Shown here: positions 39,070-54,171 of the stretch, one piece after another
How positions within the stretch are numbered: position 1 is the stretch's first letter
Layout of the letters: every line of letters starts with the position of its first letter
Assembly: GCA_964016885.1 (NCBI GenBank)
Contig: OZ024740.1
Coordinates: forward strand, 214,768,001 to 214,832,000
Source: Eledone cirrhosa
Lineage: Eukaryota
Length of the DNA stretch: 64,000 bases
Direction of reading: 5' to 3'
The notes under the pieces: generated by a model
Seen by the model: only the letters and a program-made list of their open reading frames with translations
The model's database searches: none
What the model was told of the DNA's origin: nothing
Position numbers and translations under genes: made by a program

Positions 39070-41575
39070 GGGAGGCACTTGCTGGAATCGAGGACAGGAC
39101 GACCATGCTACAAGTACAGAAAATAGTGAGAGAGAACTGGTCAGGTATAGGCATGCAAATGCTAATACAAACTGACCAGGAGTGTATCGAGGATATCCCA
39201 GATATCATAGACCTCGAGGAAGGACTCCAACTCCCTATAAGCGTGGAAGGAAGGCACTCAAAATGCTATCTGTAAGGATCAAAGGGTCACCTCAGGGCCT
39301 TTTGCCCGCAGAAGACAGCGAAGAAGAAGCCTTCCCCCTCCTTCCGATGCCTGGTCCGCTGCTACCAAGAGCAGGGCAGGCAACAAAGGCAGCAGACCCT
39401 TCCATGGTGATAGGAGGGCAACGTCCGTGGCACCCATACCAAGGCCATGGACAACTAAAACAGCGGCAGCAGTGGCGGCAACACCAGTAGCTACATTTGC
39501 TACAGTAGTTGCACCAGCAACAAAATCGCCGGAGAGGGCTCCACTACCACCACCAACAGTCGTGGAGCACATACTCCTCCCAGACGCCACGGAATCCGAC
39601 ATGGAGTCTGAGGCGGGAGTGAAGTGGCAAACGGTCTGCCACAAAAAACAAAAAACAAAGAGCCCCTTAACACCCCCCCCCCCCCCAAGCGAAGGCAAAC
39701 AAAGAGGGGTAAAGTCTGCAAGGCGACTCGCAGCAACGTCTCCACCATCACCACCACAAGCATCACCACAAACACCAACATCGCAAACACAAGGCAAACA
39801 TACCCAACAGCAGCAATAAGAAAACAGCAACCCCCCCCCAAAAAAAAAAAAGTAAAACATTACACAGCCATAAACATGTAAAATAAAGAACTCTTAGAAT
39901 ATATAGAGCAGCACACAGACATTACAGACAAAAATTACTACACCCACCAACACCAAGAACACTCCCGAAAAATATAAACATTATTGAAATTAAAATAGAA
40001 CATTATAAACATTTAAAAGAAAAATTCCCCAACGCAGTTGGAGACTTCAGAGGGTCGGTTACCAAGAGGATATACACCGAAATCATCTTGGAGACACCCA
40101 TGACCAGCCAAAGGGACGGTTCGACTGTCCCTTTCCCACACGATCAGAGTAGGTAATCCTTTCTCACTTACTCCATTCTTCACCCAACATAGCCTTACTT
40201 AGAATAGGCAGTATGAATGTACGTGGCCTGGGGTCATCTTGGAAGTAGGGCCACCTGCTTAACGATCTCAGGTCACTAAACATAGATGTGGTGGCCATCT
40301 GCGAGACCAGAATTTCGAAGCACGAGACTTCGCACCGATCTTCGGCGGCTACGATGTAAACGCATCTCCCAGCTGTCCGGGAGCGGGGGGCGGAGTTGCT
40401 GTGTTTTTTCGGAGAGGCTTGGGTCTCGTCATATGGGCCATCTTCCTGGACCTAGAAGGTAAGTCGGTGGTACTGGACGTGACAGGCAGCGAAGGCAATG
40501 CTTTAAGGTTAGTAGCCGTCTACGCCCCAACAGGGGCAGGACGGCCAGATTCCTTCAGACGTCTAGAGACCTTTCTGGGAACGTCCCGCTCTTTAGTGTT
40601 AGTGGGTGACTGGAACGGTATCTTAGATACACGCTAGGATTATGTGGGACTAGTAAATAAGGGAGGAGGATGTAAAAGCCTCACTAACCTGCTCAGACGT
40701 TTTCAACTGTCTGGCAGGTATCGACTGGATTATCCGAATGTACCAATGTGGACATGAGCAAACTGCATCGGGTCATCTATATCGTATTTAGATAAGAAGA
40801 AATCCCTGGCCTGGCAGTGCTACCGGGGAGCGTTGCCGATTCGAGATAAGCTCTACAGGCACGGAAGTGCCGTCAGCCGAGCCTGTCCGAGATGCGCGCA
40901 GGATGACGAAACCGTTGAGCACGCACTCGTTCAGTGTCCGAGCATTGCTGACTTGTGGAGCTATGTCGAACATTTGCTGTCACGTGTGGGACGGATTCGG
41001 TTATCGACTGAGTCCATTGTGCAGATAGCCCCGCCGTTCTCCTTTAAGGAAGTGGAAGGGCAGGGAGTTTTCATCTGCCTGGTGGCCATGGCGAAAGCGA
41101 TTGTATGGTGGACAAGGTTGAAAGGATTGAAGACGGATACTTTCCTCGTCGGCGAATCCCTGATTAACTTTTTCAAATTTCACTTGAAGAGGAAAATCAG
41201 GGTGGAGAGGCAAGTGCTATCTTCTAGTAAGTTTGTTGAACGGTGGTGAAAGTGGCGAATCTGGTTCGAGTAAACGGGCCCGCTCTGAGTATGCGCCTGT
41301 AGACTGAAGAGTGGAAAACTGAGGGAGGGCGCTTGCCCTGGTGGTCAGGGTGACCGTGGTCTTTTGTGTGTTTTTCACCACGAGTGACCCTCGGAGGTTT
41401 CCCCCTTTTGGGGGAATTTTTGTTGTTTGAATTTTTTTGATTTGTTTTTACACATTTCTATCTTCTTGTTATAACATTTTTACACAGCCAAAACCCACTT
41501 TGTATCGTCCTGTACCGTTCTGTGGCGTCTGTATTGTTTTTCTTCACGTTAGCCCTTGTGGCCAATAAAGAAACC
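39070..41575 (+). mobile_element. Second Tx1/L1 element: ORF1 3' part with CCHC knuckle, ORF2 endonuclease joined directly to zf-RVT (RT deleted at ~40795), 3' UTR and AATAAA
   Basis: CYL*GSKGHLRAFC at ~39264-39305; MNVRGLG...ICETR...VGDWN at 40213-40790; CPRCAQDDETVEHALVQCP at ~40883; AATAAA at 41564. Confidence 0.9.
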
Positions 41576-41934
41576 ATTATTATTCCACCACCTCCTTCTC
41601 CGCCTCCTCTACCACCTCTCTCTCCTGGATACTTTTCCTTCATTTTATGGAGTTTTTCTTATTCCTTTTCCCATTTTCTCACCATAGTGCCATCCGTCTC
41701 ATGTGACAGTGAAAAGACATGGCGAACGCAATACATTTCAAATCTTTAGTTCACTCATCCGCTTCCTAAAAATCTAAGGGTCATGGTCTTCTTCATCATC
41801 ATCTCATCATCATCATCATCATGTTCATCTAACCCTTCTTTTCCTCCCTCATAAAGAAGTTGAACCGAGCAGGTTTATCATTTCTCCGTTAATGATGGGG
41901 GCCAAAGTTGGAGTATGTTGGCCAACACACCCCA

Positions 41935-42173
41935 TCATCAACAACAACAACAGCAGCAGTAACACCAATAACAACAACAGCAACAACAACAACAACAGCA
42001 GCTGTAACACCAATAATAACAACAACAACAACAGCAGCAGTAACACCAATAACAACAACACCAATCACAACAACAGCAGCAGCAGTACAGCCACCAACAA
42101 CAACAGCAGCAGTAACACCAATAACAACACCAATCACAACAACAACAACAACAACAACAGCAGTAACACCAAT

Positions 42174-42204
<31 letters not shown>

Positions 42205-42782
42205 GCAGCAGCAGTAACACCAATAACAATGACAACAACAACAACAACAGCAGCAGTAACACCAATAACAACAACAGCAACAACAACAACGACAGCAGCA
42301 GTAACACCAATAATAACAACAACAACAACAACAGCAGCAGTACAGCCACCAACAACAACAGCAGCAGTAACACCAATAACAACAACAGCAACAACAACAG
42401 CAACAGCAGCAGTAACACCAATAACAACAGCAACAACAACAACGACAGCGGCAGTAACACCAATAACAACAACAAGAACAACAGCAGCAGTAACACCAAT
42501 AACAACAACAACAACAACAACAACAACAGCAGTAACACCAATAATAACAACAACAACAACAACAACAGCAGCAGTAACACCAATAACAACAACAACAACA
42601 ACAACAGCAGCAGTAACACCAATAACAAAAACAACAACAACAACAGCAGCAGTAACACCAATAACAACAACAACAACAACAACAACAGCAGCAGTAACAC
42701 CAATAACAACAACAACAACAACAACAACAGCAGCAGTAACACCAATAACAAAAACACCAACAACAACAGCAGCAGTAACATC

Positions 42783-42819
<37 letters not shown>

Positions 42820-42946
42820 GCAGCTGTAACACCAATAACAAAAACAGCAACAACAAAAACAGCAGCAGTACAACCATCAACAACACAGCAGCAGTAACAC
42901 CAATAACAACAACAACATCAACAACACCAGCAACAGTAACACCAAT

Positions 42947-42986
<40 letters not shown>

Positions 42987-43095
42987 GCAGTAACACCAAT
43001 AACAACAACAGAAACAAAAACCTTTTTCTACCATGTTACCAACAAAAGTGGTAACTTCTTATAACAGAAGCAGGTCAACAACAACAACAACAATA
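41935..43095. repeat. Cryptic (AAC/AGC)n tract with higher-order unit AGCAGCAGTAACACCAATAAC(AAC)n
   Basis: Direct reading. Confidence 0.93.
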
Positions 43096-43719
43096 AAGAT
43101 AATGATAATTGTTAGAGGAAAGCAGGGTGGGGGCAAATTTTGTATTGACACAATTTTCCGCCACTCCAATATCTAAATTCCCCCCACACACCTTTTATGT
43201 CTCCCTTTCGACGTCTTCTCGTAAATAGAATAAAATACGTTAGAATTTCTTCTCTATTGTCATAAAAAAGGGATGTAAATTGTTTCCTGTCACTACAAAA
43301 CAGGAACATCATTAATGATGGAGCCTGTACGGGACGGACCCGTTAAATCAACGACAAGGGGACACATATTTGATGGGCTTATATACCCATTCGTACGTAG
43401 TAGTATTCTGAAATGGACGTATCTATTTGCCCATAATTAGCACTCGTGTTGGTAGTTAATTAAGATATATTCACACCTTCTGATAAACACCCAACTAGGT
43501 CCGAAAATCCATCAAAGGTGTTTATCTTTCTGTTTTCATTTTACAAAGAAATTCATATTTCTGGCATATTTATATGTCTATACATTAAAAATGTGTATAT
43601 TTATATACACATTGGCGCCGTCTCGGTTGCTCACTCTGTATATATTCAGATATATATGGACCCGTAATTCCTTATAGAGAGGGAGGGCGACATAGGGGAT
43701 ATACATAATTTAAACTTGT

Positions 43720-43950
43720 TGGAAGCTATCTCTCCAGGTCTGAATATAGTCGATTTCTTCAAGAGAAGTGAAAGGAATAGAGAGGAAATGAAAAAGAGAT
43801 ATAGAGAAAACTATCAACCCCAGTACTTGACTGGTACTTTGTTTTATCGACCTTGGAAGAATCAAAGGCAAAAGGGACCTCGGTGGGATTTGAACTCAGA
43901 GTCGGAACGAATACTGCAAAGCAATCTATCCGACGCTCTAACGATTCGGC
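43720..43950 (-). mobile_element. SINE, long-tail subfamily, diverged
   Basis: GGGATTTGAACTCAGA and flanking body. Confidence 0.8.
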
Positions 43951-44025
43951 TTTTAAGAATTTACTCAAACATAAATACACCAATTCGCCGCCTATACATA
44001 CACACCCTCACACACACGCTCCCCT

Positions 44026-44100
<75 letters not shown>

Positions 44101-44272
44101 CATTCATATGTATATATATAGGAAAATGTTTGACAGCGACGGCAGTGCTCAAGCCGTTTCGACGGCTATTTCTGGACTAGTCATACATTTTTCTATTACC
44201 CACTCTACTACCCTAAGTATTGAGTACGCTGGTGCGTTATGGTCCATCTGGTTCCTTACCACAACTCCTTCG

Positions 44273-44325
<53 letters not shown>

Positions 44326-44346
44326 TATATTTATACATATATACCT

Positions 44347-44432
<86 letters not shown>

Positions 44433-44523
44433 AAGTTTAAACAAGGTTCAATGAATAAATCAAAGAATGGGTTTTACAATAGATTGGAAGCACTCAACAG
44501 TAATGGTTTTCCGGAGTTATTAA

Positions 44524-45235
44524 TATTAATTCAAAATATTAACAAAAATAGATCAAGTATATTTTATTATACATATTTCAGAGGTACTGAGCTATCTTTA
44601 ACAGTACGTCCTCATCAGATAAAATAAGATGATGCATGACATACCCTGACTTAGTAGATGGTTAAGATTCAGTCATGGTAGTGAATAAGATATGACAAAC
44701 ACTCAATATTTATATACCTTAAGATTGAGACATGAACAAATTTACATATAATACAGAGGGTGCGTGTGAGAAAGCTTAAAAATACATAATAGCAATTTAC
44801 ATAACTGTTAGAGATTCAAATAATTTAAATTATTGAAGAAAGAAGAAAGAAAGAAGAAAAGACAGAGAAACAGATGAGGAAAAAATATAGTTACTAGAAG
44901 TATAGAAAGCAAAAGAGAATTGATCAAAGATAGAGAGACAAGGAGGAAAGAAATGTTATAGTATAAAGCAGGGGGGGGGGGCGATTTGTATTGTCGTGGA
45001 TGAATAAGGTGTGATTTCATGTCTCAATCTTAAGGTATATAAATATTGAGCTTTGTCATGTCTTATTCACTACCATGACTGAATCTTAACCATCTACTAA
45101 GTCAGGGTATGTCATGCATCATCTTATTTTATCTGATGAGGACGTACTGTTGAAGCTAGCTCAGTACCTCTGAAATATGTATAATAAAATATACTTGATC
45201 ACACGAATGTCTATTTTTGTTAATATTTTGAATTA

Positions 45236-45239
<4 letters not shown>
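44524..45239. ncRNA. ~210-bp inverted repeats, each carrying a hammerhead (44560-44626 minus; 45125-45191 plus)
   Basis: TATTTTAT-CTGATGA-GGACGTACTG...CAGTACCTCT-GAAA-TATGT-ATA-ATAAAATA; 8-bp stem I. Confidence 0.8.
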
Positions 45240-45266
<27 letters not shown>

Positions 45267-45278
45267 TATATATACATA

Positions 45279-45431
<153 letters not shown>

Positions 45432-45529
45432 ATATATATATATTTTATATATATATATATTATAGTTATATATATATACATATATATATATATATAATAT
45501 AGATATATTTTATATATATATATTATAGT

Positions 45530-45639
<110 letters not shown>

Positions 45640-46599
45640 TAAATATATATAATATATATATATATAGCATTTTGAATGACCCGCCTAAAACCGGGGTTAT
45701 TTCCCTTGCCGGAATTAACACGTGATAACTATAGATACGATTAGCAGCCATACCGAGATGCAACATATAATTTATCACTCCGGTCCTAGGCAGAACGAAA
45801 ACCTGTTGATAAACTGAATCCTCCGTTCGATCACCAATACCATGAGCTTGCCATTCACGTAAGTCTGATATTTGATTTCGGATTCAAAGAAACACTTCAA
45901 ACGATTGTTCGTTTGATTTGTACAGGTGTACTTTTGTCAACCTGATTAGTTCTATCGTTACTTTGGTATGTATTGTGTGTTAGTTTCGCCTACCACAATG
46001 TTCTAATTGTCAAGCTATTTAAACGTATATATATATATATATAGTCAATTATCCTTTAATGCATTCATGTTCTTTTCTTTCCCCGTGGAATAAAAATATA
46101 AAGATGGAACGACTATACTTAAATATCTACTATATTATAATGCATTTATATTGTTTATAGTGTAAGTTTATTACTTTAAGTTTGTTATCTAACTTTGATT
46201 ATTTTAATAAGCAGTTGTCCCCTGTTTGTATAGTCCTAAATCTAATTTTGTGTCGTAAATTTCCATTTTCTATGAAATACTACACGAGTTTACATGGCAA
46301 AGGATAGCTTAATGACTTAAAACACTTATAAAATGTTTAAAATAACCATTTCACGTACTGAATATTAAACACTGGGTCATGGCATCTTTCTTAAATATTT
46401 TTACTAAAAGTTTCTTAAAATTAACCCCTTTACCTAAATTTTATACGTATTTTCTTATTAGCTTCCTTTATATATGCTGCAAGAAAAGAAGACTGTAATT
46501 TGATATGTATATAAAATAAGGTACTCAATACATGTATAGAGTGATAACAGATTTATATAGAAAAGGCTTCTAGTACTGTTTCATTCGCATGGTATCATC

Positions 46600-46648
46600 A
46601 GGCATTCCTGATGATTTCATACGAATGAAACTAGTCCTGTAGAAGCCT
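46600..46648 (+). ncRNA. Minimal type-I hammerhead in a ~110-bp imperfect palindrome (46552-46660)
   Basis: AGGCATTC-CTGATGA-T-TTC(ATAC)GAA-T-GAAAC-TAGTCCT-GTA-GAAGCCT. Confidence 0.72.
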
Positions 46649-46701
46649 TTTCTATATAAACTTCTGTCTTATATAGAAAATTCTTGTCTTGGCTATTTAT
46701 A

Positions 46702-47518
46702 GGATGGTAACTTGGCAGTATCGGTAGAGCGTCGGACAACATGTTTTCCGGTGTTTAGTTTCCGGTGTTTAGTTACAACTTTCTACCTCCTGAGTTCAAA
46801 TCCCACCGAGGTTAACTTTGCCTTTCATCCTTATGGGGTCCATAAAATAAAGTACCAGTAATATACTGGGGTCGATTTAATCGACACCCACTCACCAAAT
46901 AAATTGTTGGCCTTGTACCTAAATCTGAAACCATTATTATTAGTTGTGATATTATAGTGCTATAAGTGACTACAGTGGTGAATAACACCACCTTAAAGTA
47001 CCTATTTATGGTTAAGAAGGATGGGCCGTTGAGTGCTAAAAGGGTTAATAACGGACATAGAATAGTACTGCTGATTGGATATGGATCACTAAATCTATGT
47101 TTAATTGTATGGTTTACTACTTTTCTCATTTACCCGTAACTCCTGATGGAGTCTTGGAGGAGTCGTAATGACATACGGCGTTTCTTGGGCATTTTAAAAC
47201 CTGGCGGAGTCCATCTCCTCTCCAGGCCTGAACACAGTAGATTTGATCCAAAAAAAAAGTAAGGGCGAGGAAATGAGAAAGAGATATAGAGGAAGAATCG
47301 AACCCATTACTAGACTGGTACTATAATCATTGTCCTCAAAATGTTATTATTATTTTTTCTTTTTCTTTATCCTGTGAACCATGGGGCAGTCGTGAAGGTG
47401 CCGTATACGGTGTTTCTAGCACCTTTATTAAACCTGGTGGAGTCCATCTCCTCTCCATGTCTGAATACAGTAGATATCTTCTAGAGAAGGATAGAAAGTA
47501 AGAGAATGGAAGCGAGAA

Positions 47519-47599
<81 letters not shown>

Positions 47600-47750
47600 A
47601 AGAAGAATCGTACTGGACTGGTGCTTTATTTATCGTCCTCGATAGGATGAAAGACCAAGTTGACCTCGGTGGGATTTGAATTCAAAATACGGAGAGGCTG
47701 AACGAATATCACAAAGTATTCGGTTCGGCGTTCTCACAACTCTACCAATT
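46702..47750. mobile_element. SINE cluster: plus copy 46702-46938; minus long-tail pieces 47131-47320 and 47400-47750
   Basis: Shared B-box, body and tail. Confidence 0.85.
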
Positions 47751-48548
47751 TGTTATGGTGTACTATTGGTGCTATAAAAATATTCTATCTTCCAAAAGAA
47801 AAACAAATTCTTAAGCTTCAACTTTGCTGTTTATTGTTTCTATCATTATTTCAACGAACAATTTGAAAAATCTTTGGAAACTTCTTAGACAAAGCTTCAA
47901 TTGTTATGTACTACTAAATTTAATTAGAATGACAAAGAGATTATTTGAATAGATCAAGAACTTAACAAACCAAAACCTACAAACATAAACTCAATGCTCG
48001 ATTTAATCCGATAATTTGTCACCTTTTGCTCTTTATCTTGTGTACGACTTTTATTTAACCTCAACCTACTTTCAAAGTTGTGAAATATAGACGAATAAGA
48101 ATTTCTGAATTGAATGCCATAGATTTTATTAAGAGATTCAACAAACAAAAGTTAAATTAAAATGTCAACTCTGAAGTTAAAAACTTTTCTAAAACTTTTA
48201 TTGTTTATTAAGTTTTAGGGGGAAAGGCTAAAGAAGGGCAGATCTGGCTGTGTAGGAAAGTAAAGGAAAGGAATTCAAATGTCACAAATAAGAAGAAAAT
48301 TAGGGCAAGAACAAGAATTATTAGGCCACGGAAGAAAGAGAGGGAGAAGGGGAGAGGGTGAAGGGTCTGCGCGTAAGTTGAGGCGGTGTTTCGGCTACGT
48401 CCCGTGAACAGCACAGGCATGTCCGCGAACAATGGCCAGTGACACCCGCTGCAACAGCTACCCCACCTTGCGGGACTTCTTCTGTAGGTGGGCTGCTGAC
48501 ATTCCGTGGCGCTTGAAAATGAATTGTCAACAGATATATTCTCTATAA

Positions 48549-48691
48549 CAATGGTGCCCAACCTTTTCACTACCAAAGACTCTGTCCATTTAAATGAATT
48601 TTCTCGTGGAACGCAGGCTTTTGAAAAAAAATGCCTAAACAACAAACTGAGGGACCACCGGAAGTTCATGAATCTCCGATTGGGAACGCTG
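48549..48691. mobile_element. hAT (Charlie-like) MITE, 143 bp
   Basis: Perfect 8-bp TSD CTCTATAA; TIRs CAATGGTGCCCAA / TTGGGAACGCTG. Confidence 0.85.
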
Positions 48692-49105
48692 CTCTATAAG
48701 AAAGGATTGCTCATCTATTGATATCAATAGATAGAATAAAGTAAGTTCTAGGCTACAGAAATAGATCTGATGGACCTTTATTGACGTTAATGTCTTTATG
48801 TAATTCTAGTTTTTGTTATGCGCAGAGCTGGTGCCTGGATATTTAGTCACCTAGGCTAACTCGATAAAGTGCGCCCCTTTTCCTAGCTATGCGCCCCATT
48901 TACGTAAGAAAAATAATTCCAAATTACATTTTGGTAAGATGACAGATCTCGTTTGTTACACTTCTTGATTTGATTGTGCTAATAAAATTATTAAATTTGT
49001 ATTTTCCATAACAGACAGTCCACACACCAATTCATGTGGCAGGTCATAACACCATACGACCCTCTTCACGTATTTCTGTGTTGGATGTTTTCTCTCTCTC
49101 TCTCC

Positions 49106-49178
<73 letters not shown>

Positions 49179-49183
49179 ATCGA

Positions 49184-49279
49184 GACGTATCTGACGACCG
49201 TGTTGATTTCAGAGTAATGTGTGATCACCATATCGATCGTGCCTCAAGCTGGTCGCCCGAGAAACATTTGTAATATGTC
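49184..49279 (+). ncRNA. Hammerhead with extended 63-nt domain II
   Basis: GACGTAT-CTGACGA-[63 nt]-GAAAC-ATTT-GTA-ATATGTC; 7-bp stem I. Confidence 0.7.
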
Positions 49280-49319
49280 CAATAAATTCCTTTCGTCGCA
49301 ACACTGATTCTCTTTTTCT

Positions 49320-49360
<41 letters not shown>

Positions 49361-49362
<2 letters not shown>

Positions 49363-49843
49363 AGTAAGTATGTTTTGAAACAGTGAGCAGGTTTGAAATT
49401 AGAAAATAGAATAGCTTTCACCGTATTTTTGACTAAAGGAATTTTACCCTGATAATGGGGTTTAGAACCCTCAGATAAATGGAAAAAGATTACGTCAATA
49501 CTCATCTTTTTCCATTTATCTGAGGGTTCTAAACCCCATTATCAGGCTAAAATTCCTTTAGTCAAAAATACGGTGAAAGCTATTCTATTTTCTAATTTCA
49601 AACCTGCTCACTGTTTCAAAACATACTTACTTGCCATTTAAACTCGCTAAAAATGTAGCTTCTAATTTGAATGGAAAGAGATGGGTGATGTGTTGGTGTA
49701 ATGGTAGCACAGTGGTCGCAATAACCAAAGATGTGGGTTCGACTCCCATGTACGTCAATACTCATCGTTTTCCATTTATCTGAGGGTTCTAAACCCCATT
49801 ATCAGGCTAAAATTCCTTTAGTCAAAAATACGGTGAAAGCTAT

Positions 49844-49844
<1 letters not shown>
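49361..49844. repeat. 130-bp-arm palindrome (49361-49633) merged with ~1.4 tandem copies of a 260-bp unit (49491-49750, 49751-49844)
   Basis: TACGTCAATACTCATC at 49491 and 49751; arms read directly. Confidence 0.9.
49687..49757 (+). tRNA. tRNA-like cloverleaf or pseudo-tRNA (Pol III type-2 promoter), not a credible decoding tRNA
   Basis: A-box TGGTGTAATGG, T-arm GTGGG-TTCGACT-CCCAT, acceptor GATGTGT/GTACGTC; anticodon loop CGCAATA lacks U33 and purine 37. Confidence 0.7.
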
Positions 49845-49892
<48 letters not shown>

Positions 49893-50634
49893 TTCCACAA
49901 CAAATTAGCAAACCACATTTCACCAAGTGGATTTTCAAGCCATGTATGGCTGCAGTGAGAACGTGGCCCAGGGTTAATATAGATCTAGACTATAGCAAAA
50001 ACAACAAACAGCTTTAATAATAAACCACAGTAGCAGTAAGATTTGTGGACTCAAATGCACAAAGCAATTAAATCGAAGTAAAACATAAATCCCAATATGT
50101 AACAACACATTCAATAGAAAAATAACATTAGTGAGAGAAATTGAAATATAAATTGAATTTATCGACATAGTAAAAACTATAATGTAAATCTGTAGTGATA
50201 GTTGTATGAAAAACTCTCAACCAACCAGCTTAAACTTTACAAATCAGCTAGCATCACAAAATGGTAGAAGCGCAATCACAACAAACAGCGGAGGACGCGT
50301 TTCGCACCTTTCCGACAGACAACCTTTCCCCCACCCCGGAAAAAACCCCCAGTTGATGGATGTGAATCCGAAATATATAGGGACAATTAAATCTCTCCCA
50401 AGGTAACTCTCTCTCGTGTTCTTATTTTTATTTTATCCTTTATACTCTTTCCTTCATTCTTCTACACGTCTTATACACACCACGCATCTCAACGTACACC
50501 CACTTACATCTCTCTCTCCACCACCGGATCTTGTTACCCGGAGATTTACCCATTTGCATTGTCGAGGCTTCCAAACGACTTAAAGATATTTACCTATTAT
50601 TCCACAATGCTTCAAGCAAACTTCTATACTCTCT

Positions 50635-50674
<40 letters not shown>

Positions 50675-50724
50675 TATGTGCATATATGTATACACACACG
50701 CGCGCACACACACACACACACTCC

Positions 50725-50761
<37 letters not shown>

Positions 50762-50776
50762 ACATATATACACAGA

Positions 50777-51147
<371 letters not shown>

Positions 51148-51167
51148 TGTGTATGTATGTATATACG

Positions 51168-52143
51168 TATACGGTCAAAAGCTGAAGGCTGCTGACACAT
51201 TTGTGTATTTGGAGAGTACTCTGAGTGTGGCCTGCTCTCTGGATGCAGAAGTTGGTCTACGTGTTAGTAAAGCAAGTGAGTCATTTGGAAGGCTCAACGA
51301 CCGTCTTTGGTGCAGGCGAGGAATCACAATGAGGACCAAGGTGAGAGTGTATGCTGCATGTGTACTGTCAGCTTTGAGACATGGGTTGCCTACAAACGGC
51401 ATATCCACAGACTGGAACGGTTTCACCAGCAGTGTCTCAGAAAGATACTCGGTATCAAGTGGCAGATGTATGCGAGTGATGTTGAGGTCCTTGAGAGAAG
51501 TGAGTGTCGGAGTATTGGGAGTATCATCCACCAATGGCGTTTCCGATGGACCGGACACCTCTGCAGAATGGAGGATGATCGAATCCCAAAACAACTCCTG
51601 TATGGCGAGCTTTGTGAGGGTAAGAGACCATCTCACAAGCCAAGGTTCCGATTCAAGGATTGTGTAAAGGACTCATTGAAAAAAAACTGGTTTGATGATG
51701 GCTGACTAGGAGGTAGAAGCTCTTGAAAGAGAAAATTGGCGTGGAATGTTGAATGATGGGTCCATACTTTTGAGAACAGACGCATAGAGCACGAGAAGAT
51801 CAAACGGGATGTGCGTAAGCAATGCCATGGTGTATCTCTCGAAATGATTGGTGTCTCCATTGACTAGGTGTGCCCTGAGTGTAAAAAAATTTGCTTGAGC
51901 AAATCTGGTCTCAGGAGCCACAGTCGCAGCCATGTTCAGAGAGAACCAGTGAACTATGATCTCCATGGTATTGTGAGGGTTCACGGGAAACCTGATGCAG
52001 GACCTCAAGCCAGGGAGATCCATAGTTGTCGTCGAGTGTGAAGGAGTGCAAGTCTCTAACAGGCTTGAAAAGCCATATCCAAGCGTCACACATCTGAATC
52101 TGACAAGCGATTGCAATGCTCTTGGCAGAGTTTGCAGCCATCA
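51168..52143 (+). pseudogene. RTE/BovB LINE 3' portion (RT C-terminus, C2H2-like tail, 3' UTR)
   Basis: FVYLESTLS...TKVRVYAACVLS / ETW...LERFHQQCLRKILGIKWQ...RWTGHLCRMEDDRIPKQLLYGEL...CPECKKICLSKSGLRSH. Confidence 0.95.
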
Positions 52144-52195
52144 TATATATATATATAAATCATCGCGATTTACGTACGACCTACCATACATCTTG

Positions 52196-52227
<32 letters not shown>

Positions 52228-52231
52228 CTTA

Positions 52232-52996
<765 letters not shown>

Positions 52997-53115
52997 ATGG
53001 TTGTTAGGATGCGTCCATAGGCGTTATGCCAGTTGAGCACTCTATGCTCCTTCAGAGTAGAGTATAATAATATGGAAAACGAAGAATCAGTGATGCATCG
53101 GAACACAATTTATTA

Positions 53116-53204
53116 CGTATTACAATTGTTTCTCCGGCGAACAGCTCGAGGTGCGATGTTTGTGGATCGAACCTGACTCTGGAATCACAAGTTCATCAGA
53201 TACA
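53116..53204 (-). ncRNA. Hammerhead with extended 60-nt domain II
   Basis: Minus strand TGTAT-CTGATGA-[60 nt]-GAAAC-AATT-GTA-ATACG. Confidence 0.68.
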
Positions 53205-53799
53205 TCTATTGAATTTTTATCTATCGAATTTTTATCTATCGAATTTTTATCATCTGCCATCATCCTGTTTGCGCGGCACTAAGATTGGTTGATAGTTCGT
53301 GACGTCATCTTTGTGCTTGACCATTGAAATCTGCCCACTGGCCATTTCCATTCAGGCGTGAGCTGTCACTCACCCCAATCCCGTCGCCATACATTACTGG
53401 TGTGTGTAGGATAGTTGTTATGAATTCTCATGTCCTCCCTTGCTTGCCTGTCTCCACATACATATACACCCACACGCACATGTGCTCACACATACAGGCA
53501 TTCCGAGCCATTAATCTCACATTTATCTGTGTGGACACACACACACACAGACACACATACATATAGAGCTTGTGTGTTTGCGTTCACACGTACATATATA
53601 TATATATATATGTACATATATATATATATATACATCTCTATGTATATACATATATATACATATATATATATTCTTTTAAAGTCTATAGTCGATCATATCC
53701 CAATACTTTTATTTTTTATTGAGGCACTTACTTTATCAACCTTCTTGTCGAATCGGTGGACTGGTGGATGACGGGACATTAACTTCTGCCCAGTTTCCA

Positions 53800-54171
53800 G
53801 CAACTAAATTTCACTCACAATACAGGAGGAACCTGAAAATAAAAACCACCTCCCAATTAAAGCACAACCGGCCTGGTATTATTGTTTGGGACCACGCATT
53901 AAAACCATACTTTATCTTAGTAGTCACCTACCCCTCGATGTCAATGTAGCAAGAACAATGCATGAGAAGGATACCTATGTAACAGGATACATGTTTAGCT
54001 TCATAGTTATTATTATTGGATCTACAGGTTATATACAACCCGTGAGGGCCAATGTATGATTGAATTTGGATTTGTGGAGAAAGACCGCTGCTCATTAATT
54101 CATAAACTACAAAAGGCCGCGATATCTGGAACCTTCAAAATCTGTAAAACAGTCTTACTATTCAAAGGATG
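53800..54171 (+). pseudogene. Decayed R4/Dong-type RLE C-terminus
   Basis: KHNRPGIIVWD...PLDVNV...IIIGSTGYI...LQKAAISGTFKICKTVL. Confidence 0.75.

Noticed and set aside
41892-43064. 390-aa Asn-rich and 329-aa mucin-like (TAAVTPITTT) ORFs
   Set aside because: Open frames follow from trinucleotide composition; no signal peptide, domain or clear splice context
43474-43520. Hammerhead candidate CACCTT-CTGATAA...GAAA...AAGGTG
   Set aside because: C3/A8 mismatch and no valid NUH next to stem I; at best a dead relic
49687-49757. Functional tRNA-Leu(CAA)
   Set aside because: Non-canonical anticodon loop, several G-U pairs in the acceptor stem, short variable arm, embedded in a repeat
50289-50315. 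Minus-strand GAAACGCGTC hammerhead half
   Set aside because: No upstream CUGANGA; truncated at a junction
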